Source: a virus (Duplodnaviria; Caudoviricetes). From it: DNA of 64,000 nt. Positions 24,454 to 35,280 of this stretch are shown in pieces. The notes under the pieces are model-generated. The model saw only the letters and a list, made by a program, of their open reading frames with translations, was not told the DNA's origin and did no database searches. The stretch spans positions 64,001-128,000 of IMG/VR virus record IMGVR_UViG_3300029288_000071; one strand, given 5' to 3'. How positions within the stretch are numbered: position 1 is the stretch's first letter; each line of letters starts with the position of its first letter. Position numbers and translations under genes: made by a program.

Positions 24454-25173
24454 TTAGTGATATCTATATTTGTCTTCATCATCTGGTGGATCAAATTCTA
24501 CATGTGCACTTGCTTTTTTGGATATCTTAAATCCTTTAGCTACTAATTTCTGCAATAACTGTCTAAATTGAGAAATTCCATTTGCATGTCCTGCTTTAAG
24601 TTCAAATCTAGCTTCAGTAGCTTGACCTCTATCTGAGCTTATGCTCATAATATGATAATCTTTAGGTTCTACTTCAATTTTAATTTTGCTGTTATCAGGT
24701 GCTGTAAATATATACTCAGTAGAAGCAATTTTTGAATCATTTAATTCAGATTTATTTGGATCCATATCTAATCCCGAACCAGAATCTACATCTGATTGCG
24801 CATCTTCTCTTACAGTTCCTCTTTCATTATTATCTTCTAACCATTTTTCAGCTTCAATTGAACTGTTAAATTTAACTTTAAATGCTGGATTTTTAGGATC
24901 ATCTTTACTGTAAAGATATCCGTTTTTAAAATCATAATATGGCCAATCTTCTGCTTCTTTAACTAATCTTTTTAAAGATAGAGAAGTTTCATTTAATTCT
25001 TCATATCCCTGGCTTGTCAAAAGATGTTTAATTTTATCTAAGGGAGCACTATATTTAATAAACTTCCAACCAGCTTCTTTTTCAGGAGTTACAGCAAAAT
25101 AAAATTGCTTCTTATCTGGATTTATCATCACAGAAGTTTCTGATTCTTTAATAATTTGTGATAATGATTTCAT
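24454..25173 (-). CDS. Putative internal head protein
   Basis: N-terminus MKSLSQIIKE. Confidence 0.6.
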   Translation of the reverse strand: MKSLSQIIKESETSVMINPDKKQFYFAVTPEKEAGWKFIKYSAPLDKIKHLLTSQGYEELNETSLSLKRLVKEAEDWPYYDFKNGYLYSKDDPKNPAFKVKFNSSIEAEKWLEDNNERGTVREDAQSDVDSGSGLDMDPNKSELNDSKIASTEYIFTAPDNSKIKIEVEPKDYHIMSISSDRGQATEARFELKAGHANGISQFRQLLQKLVAKGFKISKKASAHVEFDPPDDEDKYRYH

Positions 25174-25175
25174 TT

Positions 25176-26621
25176 TTAACTCTCAAATTTTGTACATTGG
25201 CAATTTGGAGCTGTACAATATCCATCTGAGTCATGTTGATCTTCAGAATGATTACAATTAGTACAAGTTGTTGATTCTCTAAGTTCAGGTTTAGCATTAG
25301 TTACATATTCATCTCCACCTTCTATAAGATTTGTAATTTTAAAAGCATTCGCAGGATACTTAATTCCTAATATTCTAATAGCTTCTTTAATTGATTTAGC
25401 TTTAACATCTTCTGTAATTACATTTTTTTCATCATATTTATTAACAATAACCGCTCCGTATTCTTTTAATGGAGGAGTTTTTTCATATGATTTGTTGCAT
25501 CCTGCACATACATATTTACCTTTGTGTTCTTTGTCTTGACGTTGATCTCTTACTAGTTGAATTTTCTTACCAGCTTTCAAGCAGTCTGGACATAATAGTT
25601 TTTCTTCTTCATACAAATGTTCAATTCCAATTCTCTTAAGTTGAGAAGGATTCAAAGAAAAATCTTTTTCAGAATTAAAATCATGAACTAATATTTTATC
25701 AGGTGATAGAATCTTTTCTACTCTATATTTATCCATCATGCTCCATTTATAAGTTTTAGCTTTAGGATCGAATGCTTTTTGAATAACACGATCTCTAACT
25801 CTGACAGGTTTACCTTCAGCATCTTTTACGAAGTCAATAGATTCATCAACTTCTTCTTTCTTAACAGGTTTCTTTTTAACTTTAACAGCTCCTAAATCTT
25901 TTAAAGTCTTTTTTGAAGGTACTGGTCTTACAGTAGACATGGGATGTTTTGCTTCTAAAGCATGATTCATTACATCATCTTGATTGTTATCACTAAATTC
26001 TTTCATTTTTCTATCTACATACTTAGACCATTCAGGACTATTATGAGTAAATTTCTTATCAGCTTCTTTTTCTATTGAAATCTGAGCTCTATTAAATTTT
26101 TGAAGATTAGGATCATTGCTTTGTTCATAAGCATGTTTCATATCAGGTTTATCGGGTCTTTTATTCAGAACTTCAGCATCATCTTCTTCAGGTTCTTTTT
26201 TATTTTTAATTTTTTTCATTGCATCATCATGACTCAATCCCTTTTTTCTAAGAGCAGTATATTCTGAACCACTATCAGTTTCTACTTCACTTACTTCTGA
26301 AGGTTCTTCAGCAATCTCATGAGCTCTAATAATTACTGTATTCATATCATTGATAAGTTTCTGAATTCTAGATATTTCAACAGTAGCACGTTTGAATTCA
26401 AAAGTATCTCTAACTTTCAAACCTAAAGATAAGAAAGCTTCTAAGTGAGTAAAAGAATTATCAGCTTGTTGTTTTATTTTTTGCCCTAAATCATACAATT
26501 TTTGAATCTTATCATATTTCATATCATCTGCAGAAGTATCTTCTTTGCTAGCAGCTTCCAAAATGATCTTTTTGTATTCTTCGTAGGCTAATTGTTTAAT
26601 TTCTCGTTTTGTGATTTTCAT
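25176..26621 (-). CDS. Putative internal head polyprotein with Zn ribbons
   Basis: MKITKREIKQLAYEE; CxxC modules. Confidence 0.55.
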   Translation of the reverse strand: MKITKREIKQLAYEEYKKIILEAASKEDTSADDMKYDKIQKLYDLGQKIKQQADNSFTHLEAFLSLGLKVRDTFEFKRATVEISRIQKLINDMNTVIIRAHEIAEEPSEVSEVETDSGSEYTALRKKGLSHDDAMKKIKNKKEPEEDDAEVLNKRPDKPDMKHAYEQSNDPNLQKFNRAQISIEKEADKKFTHNSPEWSKYVDRKMKEFSDNNQDDVMNHALEAKHPMSTVRPVPSKKTLKDLGAVKVKKKPVKKEEVDESIDFVKDAEGKPVRVRDRVIQKAFDPKAKTYKWSMMDKYRVEKILSPDKILVHDFNSEKDFSLNPSQLKRIGIEHLYEEEKLLCPDCLKAGKKIQLVRDQRQDKEHKGKYVCAGCNKSYEKTPPLKEYGAVIVNKYDEKNVITEDVKAKSIKEAIRILGIKYPANAFKITNLIEGGDEYVTNAKPELRESTTCTNCNHSEDQHDSDGYCTAPNCQCTKFES

Positions 26622-26638
26622 TGTTGTTTTCTCTTAAG

Positions 26639-27016
26639 TTACTCTTTTGTATCTTCATCAGTTTTTTGTTCTTCTGAATCACTTGTTTTAGATCGATATT
26701 TTTCAAATTCAGTTTTATCCATCAAAACAAGTTTCTTCTTCATTTCTTTTACTAAAAATATCAAAGTACCATAACCACCGAAAGAACCTATTCCTGCTGC
26801 AATAACTCCAGCTATTTCAGCAGGAGTAAACATGTGAACAACTAAAAAAGACATATAACCAGCAAACACTCCCACTACTGCATGAATCGCCATTAATCCT
26901 AAAGATAATTTATCTAATTCTTGAGTTTTTATCAAAAATTCTGATAAGTATCTTACAATACCTCCGAGGATGCTAGTCAAAAAAATCTGTATTGTATAGA
27001 GTGGATCGTTATTCAT
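26639..27016 (-). CDS. Holin-like 3-TM protein
   Basis: LGGIVRYL, three TMs, charged tail. Confidence 0.55.
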   Translation of the reverse strand: MNNDPLYTIQIFLTSILGGIVRYLSEFLIKTQELDKLSLGLMAIHAVVGVFAGYMSFLVVHMFTPAEIAGVIAAGIGSFGGYGTLIFLVKEMKKKLVLMDKTEFEKYRSKTSDSEEQKTDEDTKE

Positions 27017-27021
27017 TTATT

Positions 27022-27729
27022 TTATTCTTTCTTATTATAAGTTAGCGCTATTGGTATCAAAACTAATATCATCCCTGCCAATAGTGTGGCACCACTAAAC
27101 AACCACACATATTTAATTCTTGTATTTTCAATTAAAATATCTAAATTAACTGTAGGTGTATATACTATGAAAACATATTTTGCTATTTTTGGATTAGGAG
27201 AAGGTATAATAACCCATGTTACTAAAAATTTTGTTCCATCTCTTCTTACAGCTATTATGGGTTTTTTATCATTTGTAACTTGATAATTAATTAGTGAATT
27301 ATAAATTTTCAAATTTTCTTTTTTATCTGTTATTCCTAAAGAATCTGATAGTCTTATTCCATCTCTGAATGACTTACAAGCTGCATATTTGTGAAAAGAA
27401 GGATTTCCCTCGATTGCTAAAACTGGAAATCCTTTTTCAGGTTCCCAAGTACATAAAATACCAGCTTCATTATCTTGCAATGTACTATTCAAAAATTTTG
27501 CTAATCCCAAACCATTATCAATTTTGTATCTTTCAGAATTATAATAGTACTGTGACATTTGAGTAATTGCAAATGTTTTATAATGATTTCGTTGAGAATA
27601 CATTACATTTTCAAAATCATCAATAGCAGTTCTAGTTATGTATAATGTGAAAATAACCAATAAAATATTACAAGTTATAAATATTAAATGATAAAGTCCG
27701 TTTTTCTTATTTTTTTTCATTGTTTCCAT
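27022..27729 (-). CDS. 2-TM membrane protein with extracytoplasmic domain
   Basis: TMs at both ends. Confidence 0.55.
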   Translation of the reverse strand: METMKKNKKNGLYHLIFITCNILLVIFTLYITRTAIDDFENVMYSQRNHYKTFAITQMSQYYYNSERYKIDNGLGLAKFLNSTLQDNEAGILCTWEPEKGFPVLAIEGNPSFHKYAACKSFRDGIRLSDSLGITDKKENLKIYNSLINYQVTNDKKPIIAVRRDGTKFLVTWVIIPSPNPKIAKYVFIVYTPTVNLDILIENTRIKYVWLFSGATLLAGMILVLIPIALTYNKKE

Positions 27730-28219
27730 TTCTATTACCGTTTAAAAATTTTGTTATGTTACTGATTGGGTGTCTCTTATGAAACTTTCCAATTATAACT
27801 GTCGCTAAAAAATTAGCTATTATTTCGTAACTAAGCAAATCATGAAAAACTTCAGATAATTCAGCATCGGAAACCTTGAATTTATTTTTAAGCATTTTTT
27901 CTACTAAATCATTTTCTTTAGAAAAAGCTATTTTTGCTAATTCTGGATTGTTTCGCGTTAGAAAATGAGTGAGTTCATGAATCAAAACCCAAGCAACATC
28001 TTCTTTAGATTGTTTAGAAAGATCTATTTTTAAAGTTAATGAATTAGAAGCAACATCAAAAGAAGATCTGTCATAAAAATCTTTCTTTTTAATAACTGTT
28101 ATCTTAAAAGGATATTTTGACTTATCTACTAATCCCAAAAATGGCTTTAACTTCTGAGCATATTGTTTTAGAAAGCTAATATCAAAATTTGTTTTATTTT
28201 TAATTGTGATATATGCCAA
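27707..28219 (-). CDS. Zincin-like metallopeptidase
   Basis: LIHELTH followed by E..AN. Confidence 0.65.
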   Translation of the reverse strand: MAYITIKNKTNFDISFLKQYAQKLKPFLGLVDKSKYPFKITVIKKKDFYDRSSFDVASNSLTLKIDLSKQSKEDVAWVLIHELTHFLTRNNPELAKIAFSKENDLVEKMLKNKFKVSDAELSEVFHDLLSYEIIANFLATVIIGKFHKRHPISNITKFLNGNRNGNNEKK

Positions 28220-28221
28220 GT

Positions 28222-28410
28222 TTATATCTCTAATGAATTATATATTTTTTTAAGTTGATTTATCATTATAGCTTTTAACTTATTTTTGTCCCATCCTGAA
28301 TATCCTCCACTTTCAAGAACATCTATTAATTCTTTTAGAGCTTTTCTAGCAGTATGGATTTTATTTTCTTCATAACTAACACTTTCTATTATTTTTTTTA
28401 GGCTTTTCAT
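28222..28410 (-). CDS. Small putative internal head protein
   Basis: MKSLKKIIE. Confidence 0.55.
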   Translation of the reverse strand: MKSLKKIIESVSYEENKIHTARKALKELIDVLESGGYSGWDKNKLKAIMINQLKKIYNSLEI

Positions 28411-28414
28411 AGAA

Positions 28415-29191
28415 TTATTGATAGAAATATTTTAATACATCTGTTAATGCTAATGCAGCATCATGTTTATTTTTAATGTCTTTATTATGAAATATAATAC
28501 TATGTAACAACTTGTCAATATCAGCTTCAAACTTTTTATAAATTTCTACACTTATAGATTCATTTAATGGAATTAATTTTTTTAGACTTAAATTTTCTGT
28601 TAACTGATCTTTCATTGCTCTCCTCTTAAAAGCTTCAAATGGTATTTGCTCTATATGACCAAAAAATTCTGGTTTATCATATGAATTTCTAAAAATCTGT
28701 TCAGCTTGATGTTCATCTTCTGCACCTAAAATATATTTACTTTCATCATATTCTCCAGTATCAGGAACTTTTGTAGAAACTTTAAAAACTAAATCTGAAC
28801 CACCTTGTGGATTTACATAAACATCTATCATATCTCCGTCTAATCCTTCAGTATCAGGAATCCTTCCATAATGCCATTGCATTACTTGTGACCATTTATG
28901 ACCATCTCTATCTTGTCCACTTCTAACAGTTCCAGCAGGATTTTCAATTTCAATTGGAAGTTCTCTCCAAATAGCTTTTTTAACTGGAAAATCTAATTCA
29001 GATTGTTCTTTTACAGAAATTCTTTGAGGTTCATGTCTAATATACTCTTTTCCATCTGTTCCTTTAATTATGAGTTCACCTCCTTTATGAGATACTACTT
29101 TTCCAGGAACTGATGTAAAGTGCCTATGTTTTTTAGTTATGAGTCGAACTCTTTGCCCTTTATATAATTTTTTATCCCAATTATATTTCAT
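28415..29191 (-). CDS. Inorganic pyrophosphatase-like (InPase) domain protein
   Basis: IEIENPAGTVRSG.D..G..W...M..HYGRI..TEG.DGD.IDVYV. Confidence 0.8.
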   Translation of the reverse strand: MKYNWDKKLYKGQRVRLITKKHRHFTSVPGKVVSHKGGELIIKGTDGKEYIRHEPQRISVKEQSELDFPVKKAIWRELPIEIENPAGTVRSGQDRDGHKWSQVMQWHYGRIPDTEGLDGDMIDVYVNPQGGSDLVFKVSTKVPDTGEYDESKYILGAEDEHQAEQIFRNSYDKPEFFGHIEQIPFEAFKRRAMKDQLTENLSLKKLIPLNESISVEIYKKFEADIDKLLHSIIFHNKDIKNKHDAALALTDVLKYFYQ

Positions 29192-29888
29192 AATTAGAAT
29201 CCCAAATAATTTTAAAATCACAATCAAGTAGTTTTTGTATTTGTTCTTGCCTTTTTAAATCTCTTGCCTGAACACTCTTTTTTGAGTGTTTCTTTTCATA
29301 TACTTCATATACAGTGTTAGTTGCAGGACAGTAACCATCAACAAAATAACCAATATCTTTAAGATGATATTGTCTTAAGATTTTACAATTATCTTTCTGT
29401 TCTTGTTTATCAAGAATATTTGCTTCATTTTTACCGATTCTTGGACATTTAAAATTTTCATGATTTTGCATATATTTAATATTGCCAATTCTAATATTGT
29501 TTTTATGTTCTTCTGATAATGTTTTTCCTAAGTGTGAAATGCTTAATTTATTTTTTGTTTCTTCTGAATGAGTTTTTTTATGCCTTCCTTCAGCATAAGC
29601 TTTTTTAAGAGAGATACTGTGTTTTTCTTTTGATAAATCTGAGCATTTTTTTCCTAAATGAGCTAATGAATTTTTCAATTTCATTTCTTCTGTGTGTATA
29701 TGACCTATTCGAGCGCAATGATAACTACAATATTTATCTTGATATGTAAGTTGTTTATTACAATTTAGACAATTTTCTACTTTGTCATAATACTTTCTCT
29801 TGCAAACAAATGAACAAAAGTGAGCATTTTTGTCATTTGTCTTTTCTTTGTTGCAAAATTTACAAAAATTATCTTTTTTCTTATACAT
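29181..29888 (-). CDS. NUMOD3-containing homing endonuclease, PD-(D/E)xK type
   Basis: HSEETKNKLS repeats; YFVDGY...VYEVYEKKH. Confidence 0.75.
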   Translation of the reverse strand: MYKKKDNFCKFCNKEKTNDKNAHFCSFVCKRKYYDKVENCLNCNKQLTYQDKYCSYHCARIGHIHTEEMKLKNSLAHLGKKCSDLSKEKHSISLKKAYAEGRHKKTHSEETKNKLSISHLGKTLSEEHKNNIRIGNIKYMQNHENFKCPRIGKNEANILDKQEQKDNCKILRQYHLKDIGYFVDGYCPATNTVYEVYEKKHSKKSVQARDLKRQEQIQKLLDCDFKIIWDSNYEI

Positions 29889-29892
29889 ATAT

Positions 29893-30948
29893 CTACTTAA
29901 TTCTTGTTGCTGATATTCCACTTTTACCAATCATTGTCTGTTCTTTATCAATTTTCCAAGTTTCATTTCTGTATTTGAATACATGATTTTTTATCAATAA
30001 AGTTCCTGGTTTATTAACTCCTAAAGTTTTCAACAAATCAATACTAAATGTTCGTTCATCTCCGATTGGAGTAGTTGATTCTAATATTAATTGTTTAAAT
30101 GTTTTCATTTTTTCTTTCTTTATTTCACTTAAGTAGTTTTTGAATTCTTTATTTTGAAAATCAGGCATTTCATTTTTCATTCCTTCTTTATCAGCTTGTT
30201 TTTCCATATTATCTAATCTTGTATAATAATCTGGAATTTCTGCTAAATGGTCAAGAGCTATCTTTTCGGCTAATTTCCAATCATCCGTATGTTCATATTC
30301 TATTTCAATACCTCTTTTTAATTGAGCTTGATCTACATCATCTTTTTCAACATCTTTTTCTATTGATTTGCTAGCTTCTTTTAACCAATCTATGAAATTT
30401 CCAGATTCACCACAATCAGGACATTGATATTTTTCTTCAGATGTTTTTACAGGTGGTTTTGTACTTCCACACCAATAACATTTTGTTTTTTCAGTTTCTT
30501 TTAAACTCTGTTTCATTAAATCAATAATTTCTTCAGAAGTTAATCCATGATGCATTAGTATTAATTTAATTTTATCTTCATCTCCGCCCCACATTTGTCT
30601 AGCTCTTTGAATAAATCTAATTAAAGCTTCTTTTTCGGCTTGATCTAATATTTCATTTATCTGTTTCGTAGTATTACTCCAACTAGCTACTCCTAAATCA
30701 ACTGGAGCAGGATAACTATAGGGTGTTTTTCCCATAACTCTTTCAATTTGATCAGTTCCTACCCACTTACCAATTGGTTCTCCAGGTTTATCAGTTAAAT
30801 AAACTGCAAAATGTCCTACTGGAGATTTATCTCCTTTAAGATCAACATCAGATATATACTTTTTACTTCCATCTTTCAACTTAACCCAACGCCCTAAATG
30901 GATTTGTTGTGGCATAATGAATTCAGTTATTTTTTTAAACTTCTTCAT
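29893..30948 (-). CDS. DUF5661-like domain internal polyprotein
   Basis: GIEIEYEHT...AEKIALDHLAEIPDYYTRL; internal MKTFKQLILE. Confidence 0.65.
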   Translation of the reverse strand: MKKFKKITEFIMPQQIHLGRWVKLKDGSKKYISDVDLKGDKSPVGHFAVYLTDKPGEPIGKWVGTDQIERVMGKTPYSYPAPVDLGVASWSNTTKQINEILDQAEKEALIRFIQRARQMWGGDEDKIKLILMHHGLTSEEIIDLMKQSLKETEKTKCYWCGSTKPPVKTSEEKYQCPDCGESGNFIDWLKEASKSIEKDVEKDDVDQAQLKRGIEIEYEHTDDWKLAEKIALDHLAEIPDYYTRLDNMEKQADKEGMKNEMPDFQNKEFKNYLSEIKKEKMKTFKQLILESTTPIGDERTFSIDLLKTLGVNKPGTLLIKNHVFKYRNETWKIDKEQTMIGKSGISATRIK

Positions 30949-31273
30949 TCTTTTTATTTTTTCTAACTCTTTTAGTTTCTGTTAAACCTAAACCGCTTCC
31001 CTTAAGTAAAGCATTATAAACATACATCTGAGCTTGATTAGGAGTTTTATTTTTAATATTTTTCTCCATAGCATTTAAATATTTATCACTAACGGACAAT
31101 CCATAATTTTCAACTTTTGATCTTAACCAATCCATAAAAGTTTCAGGTTTATAATTTGCTCCAAACTGTTTTCCTAATTCTCCTGTTTGAGATACTTGAG
31201 TAAGGAAGTTTGTAAGAGTCTTATCTTTTGTACTTAAATCTATTTCATTAATTATTCTTTTGAATGTTTTCAT
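30935..31273 (-). CDS. Putative internal head protein
   Basis: MKTFKRIINE. Confidence 0.6.
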   Translation of the reverse strand: MKTFKRIINEIDLSTKDKTLTNFLTQVSQTGELGKQFGANYKPETFMDWLRSKVENYGLSVSDKYLNAMEKNIKNKTPNQAQMYVYNALLKGSGLGLTETKRVRKNKKNEEV

Positions 31274-31277
31274 AATT

Positions 31278-32441
31278 TTAAATCTCTTTTTTCTTATATT
31301 GAATTTTGCCAGTTTTTGACTTAATCCAATCTTCCAATTTTTTCACAAAATCTTCTGCGGTAGCTCTATCTGGCAAATTCAAATAATACACTTCACCCGT
31401 TCGACTATCATAAACATCAAATATTTCACTCTTCTGATCAATTACAAGTTTTGCGTGCTGTAAATCACGAAAAGGTACAGCGGGTGGTGCCCACGTTACT
31501 TTAGCTTCTTGAATAATTTGCTTGAATGATTTCATTTCTGTCAATTCTACATTTTTAATTCTATATCCTTGTTTTTTATAAAAATTAATTGCTAAATCTT
31601 TAGCTTTATCAGAACTAGAAGCTAGAACATTTATTTTTTTCATTATTGGTTCATTTCGTTTAGTTACCATTGTAGCATTTGAGTCTGTTACAGTTACAAT
31701 GAAATTAAATTTCTGTTTAAATTGACTGTCTTCTTTCAATTTTTTATTTTTTTGTTTTGACATCGGAGCATTGAATCCTGCAACTCCAGCTATTGTTGAC
31801 ATTTCTTCAATATCATCAGAATATTTTACACTTGTAATTTCAGGAAAATTAGATTTGTTTTGATGATATTTTATAGCTCTTTTAACAACTCTAATATCAA
31901 GATTGTATCTTTCTCCTTTTTTATTTTTAATAGTGACATTATTATTATTTATATCAATTATTTCCCATTGGTTATGTTGATAGTCAAATGTTATACCTGG
32001 TTTTATTTCTTGATTTTCATTCACATCATCTCTCTGTCTTTCACCAACATCAACATACAGTTTTCCTGAACCTTTACATTTATCACAAGTAATTCCACTT
32101 TTTGTATCACTCATATCTCCAGTACCCTTACATTTAGGACACTTTACCATTCGTTTGGGTTGTTTGGAAATTATTCCGATGTATTTTCCACCGGGTTTAT
32201 AGAGACCTTCATTCGTAAATTTTGGAGGTTTATCTGATTTCATTGTTTCTACTTTAATATAGTGAATGTGATCAGCGCCATCTCCATCCCATCCATATTT
32301 TCTACCGCCTTTTTCATCAGGATCTATGACAATATCAAAAGTATGACCAATATTCCCAGATTTTTTAATATCATCTAGAATTTTTTCTAGATTATCATCT
32401 TCATCTCTTACCAATAAAGTTATTTTCTTATAAGTTTCCAA
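31278..32441 (-). CDS. Polyprotein with DnaJ-type Zn finger
   Basis: CPKCKGTG, CDKCKGSG; internal MKSFKQIIQE. Confidence 0.55.
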   Translation of the reverse strand: METYKKITLLVRDEDDNLEKILDDIKKSGNIGHTFDIVIDPDEKGGRKYGWDGDGADHIHYIKVETMKSDKPPKFTNEGLYKPGGKYIGIISKQPKRMVKCPKCKGTGDMSDTKSGITCDKCKGSGKLYVDVGERQRDDVNENQEIKPGITFDYQHNQWEIIDINNNNVTIKNKKGERYNLDIRVVKRAIKYHQNKSNFPEITSVKYSDDIEEMSTIAGVAGFNAPMSKQKNKKLKEDSQFKQKFNFIVTVTDSNATMVTKRNEPIMKKINVLASSSDKAKDLAINFYKKQGYRIKNVELTEMKSFKQIIQEAKVTWAPPAVPFRDLQHAKLVIDQKSEIFDVYDSRTGEVYYLNLPDRATAEDFVKKLEDWIKSKTGKIQYKKKEI

Positions 32442-32442
32442 C

Positions 32443-33300
32443 TTATTTCTCTAATTGTTTTAATTCTTCCAAAAGCTGGCTGTACGTCATCAAAGCTTCT
32501 GCTTTTTTCTGTTTCTTAAAAGAACCAACCTCAGCTAGTTTTTGCATTGCTTCAAATACTTTAGATAGTAAAGTTCTGTCTTTTATCTGTTTCATGTGTC
32601 CATACAAATCTTTTTCAAATTTCTTTACTTTCTTTTCAGCAAATCTATCAAAACTATTATCTGAAGTACATCGGATATATTCTTGTAATATCTGTTTTTG
32701 AGTTTCATTTAAAGTTTTATCATATTTGTTATTAAATTTCTTAATGATAAAATAATAAGTTAATTCATCAACTGGAAGATCTTTTTGGGGTTTAGTTACA
32801 AACTCATTGATTCTTTTTATTTCTTTATTATCAAGTAAGTGGTTAATAACACTTTCTTCAATTTGTACTTTATGTTTTACATCATTTATTTTATCATTTC
32901 TAACTGCTTCCATTAAAGAATAGATTGAAGCATATGTTTTATAGTTCGGAACATATGTTTTGAAAAATGTTTCTTTATTAAAATTAGAATTTATTTCAGT
33001 TAAAAGAGCATATTTTTCATCTCTAAGTTTCTTAAGATCTAATTTTTTTGAAGTATTTAAAACTTCTGAAAGGAGATGTGATGCTGATTGCCAATTTTTT
33101 TGTTCAGAATACATGATTGCATTAAAAAGATTTAATTCTTCTAGTAATTGTGAATCTTTATTAAAATATTTTTTTATAAGATAAAGTGCTTTTTTAGCTT
33201 TAGCATCATCTTTAGCTATTTTATTTGAAACTACTTGTTGTGATAGTAATTCGAATAATAGGCCCGAATTACTTTTCTTGTGATGTTTTATTTGTTCCAT
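32443..33300 (-). CDS. Helical protein downstream of portal
   Basis: IKHHKKSNSGLLFELL; position in the head module. Confidence 0.6.
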   Translation of the reverse strand: MEQIKHHKKSNSGLLFELLSQQVVSNKIAKDDAKAKKALYLIKKYFNKDSQLLEELNLFNAIMYSEQKNWQSASHLLSEVLNTSKKLDLKKLRDEKYALLTEINSNFNKETFFKTYVPNYKTYASIYSLMEAVRNDKINDVKHKVQIEESVINHLLDNKEIKRINEFVTKPQKDLPVDELTYYFIIKKFNNKYDKTLNETQKQILQEYIRCTSDNSFDRFAEKKVKKFEKDLYGHMKQIKDRTLLSKVFEAMQKLAEVGSFKKQKKAEALMTYSQLLEELKQLEK

Positions 33301-35173
33301 TATCTTTGCTTTCTCGTAGATTTAATTTTTTATCTAAATTTATAAATATACTGCTAAGTTCTCGTGAAATTTTACTTCGTTCATGTAAAGAATTACTAAG
33401 AAAATCATATTTCTTTGCAACTTTAATAATTTCCTTATCTTCTTTTTGTGAAGGATCAAACAAATCTATAACATTTTTAGGTTGTTCTTCATCTTCTTTC
33501 ACTTCTTTTTCTTTTTTAGCAGTAGGATTAGACATAGACATTGGTCTATTTCCTGAATTTTTATATACAGAACCTGTTCTATTTGCTAAAGAAGGTGCAG
33601 AAGCTCCAGGTTTAGCACCACCGCCTGGAATTATATCAATTGGTTGTTGTCCAGTTGGTAGTGAAGAAGGTGCTTTCCCACCAGCTCCAACATTTCCTAC
33701 TCCAAAAGGTTTTGAACCATAACTTTTACCATCTTCACCTTGTTGTGGCATATTAGCATTTGCAACTTCTTGAGCAATTTGTTGTAATTCAGCATTAAAT
33801 TTAGTATCTTTGTATACTCCAAGATTTATTTCTTTAATTTCATCATCTGTTAGTCTAAGTATTTTTCTCTGAGCTGTTTTTCTATCCATACCAACACTTT
33901 GAATAGCAGTTGTATATGTAGCAAATCTAGTATTCATCAATTCTAATTTCATTTGTTCATTAACAGTAGATGGATTTGTTAAAAGCAATTTAAAATCAGT
34001 TAAATCTTCTACATCTGTGTACCCAAGAGCATACAAATGAATCATTGCAATTTTGTTAAGTTCAGAAACTGCAAATTTTTGAATTCTATTAATTGTTTTA
34101 GCAAATCTAATATCTTCTTGACTTAATGTTGTTTTACCTTGTAATTGTTCTTCAAAAGTAAGATAAGCTCGAGGGATACCTAATGCAGCAATTAAATTTG
34201 ATTGTACATAACGAACATCATCAATATCTCCTAAGTTCTCTGCACCTTTTAAAGTTTCAATTCTTGTACCACTATCTCTTCCTCTAGTAGCTAAGAAATA
34301 GTCTTCTTCTTGTGAATGAACATTATATCTCAAATCAACATTTCCGGAAGAATCAACTAATGGAGATCTTTTTAGAATATCTTTTGCTTTTTGCATAAAT
34401 GATGGTACATCATTTGCACTGATATTTCCTACATCTATATAAAATATTCTTCTTTCAGGAGCTCTTTGAATTCTATACACTAACATAGCATCTTCAATTA
34501 AGTTTAATTGTTTCCAAATTCTACGAGCTGGTTCTACTAATGATTTTCCGTAGGGTAAGAAAGTATCATCACTAACAATTCTAAAGTGAGCAATTTGCCA
34601 ACTATCAAATACTACAGAAGAAGCTGTATTCCATTTGAATCTAACAGAATTAATATCACCATCAAAAGCTTCTTCTCTTTCAATTTCTACAGTAGGAAGA
34701 GGCATAAAACTTGTTATTCCTTCACCTTCAACAACATCTAACAATAAAAAGAAATCTCCATATTTGCACATATTTCTAATCCAATGCCATAAATGTTGTT
34801 CTACTGCTAATTTCTCAAAAAATAATTCTTCTAGAACTTGTTTTATTTTATCTGATGAAGATGCTATATGTAATATTTTTCCATCTTCATTATGTGTAAC
34901 TGAATCATCAGCAAAAATATTTAAAGCAGTTGAAAGAATACTGCTATTTATATCCATCATCTCATAATCACGAGTTCTTGCTAATCTTTCAGTAGATCCA
35001 GCTAAAGAATGCATATATTGATTTGAAGCTACTTTTGCAAATGCTCCAAATATTCTAGACTCCATTCTATTTGACGGACGATCTGCTGGGATTCTACTTT
35101 TTATAGTAGGTCTTCTTAAAAGATTACGTAATCTTTTGTAGAATCGATAGTCACGTTCTATATTGTCTGCCAT
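33269..35173 (-). CDS. Portal protein (T4 gp20-like)
   Basis: LIEDAMLVYRIQRAPERRIFYIDVGN; EDYFL; DIDDVRY. Confidence 0.95.
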   Translation of the reverse strand: MADNIERDYRFYKRLRNLLRRPTIKSRIPADRPSNRMESRIFGAFAKVASNQYMHSLAGSTERLARTRDYEMMDINSSILSTALNIFADDSVTHNEDGKILHIASSSDKIKQVLEELFFEKLAVEQHLWHWIRNMCKYGDFFLLLDVVEGEGITSFMPLPTVEIEREEAFDGDINSVRFKWNTASSVVFDSWQIAHFRIVSDDTFLPYGKSLVEPARRIWKQLNLIEDAMLVYRIQRAPERRIFYIDVGNISANDVPSFMQKAKDILKRSPLVDSSGNVDLRYNVHSQEEDYFLATRGRDSGTRIETLKGAENLGDIDDVRYVQSNLIAALGIPRAYLTFEEQLQGKTTLSQEDIRFAKTINRIQKFAVSELNKIAMIHLYALGYTDVEDLTDFKLLLTNPSTVNEQMKLELMNTRFATYTTAIQSVGMDRKTAQRKILRLTDDEIKEINLGVYKDTKFNAELQQIAQEVANANMPQQGEDGKSYGSKPFGVGNVGAGGKAPSSLPTGQQPIDIIPGGGAKPGASAPSLANRTGSVYKNSGNRPMSMSNPTAKKEKEVKEDEEQPKNVIDLFDPSQKEDKEIIKVAKKYDFLSNSLHERSKISRELSSIFINLDKKLNLRESKDNGTNKTSQEK

Positions 35174-35280
35174 TTTTAAATAATCCTTATACTTTAATTA
35201 CAGTTTTAGCTAGATCATTTGGTGATTTAACATTTAAATGCATTATTGATATTATTGTTATTGTTAATATATTTTTCATT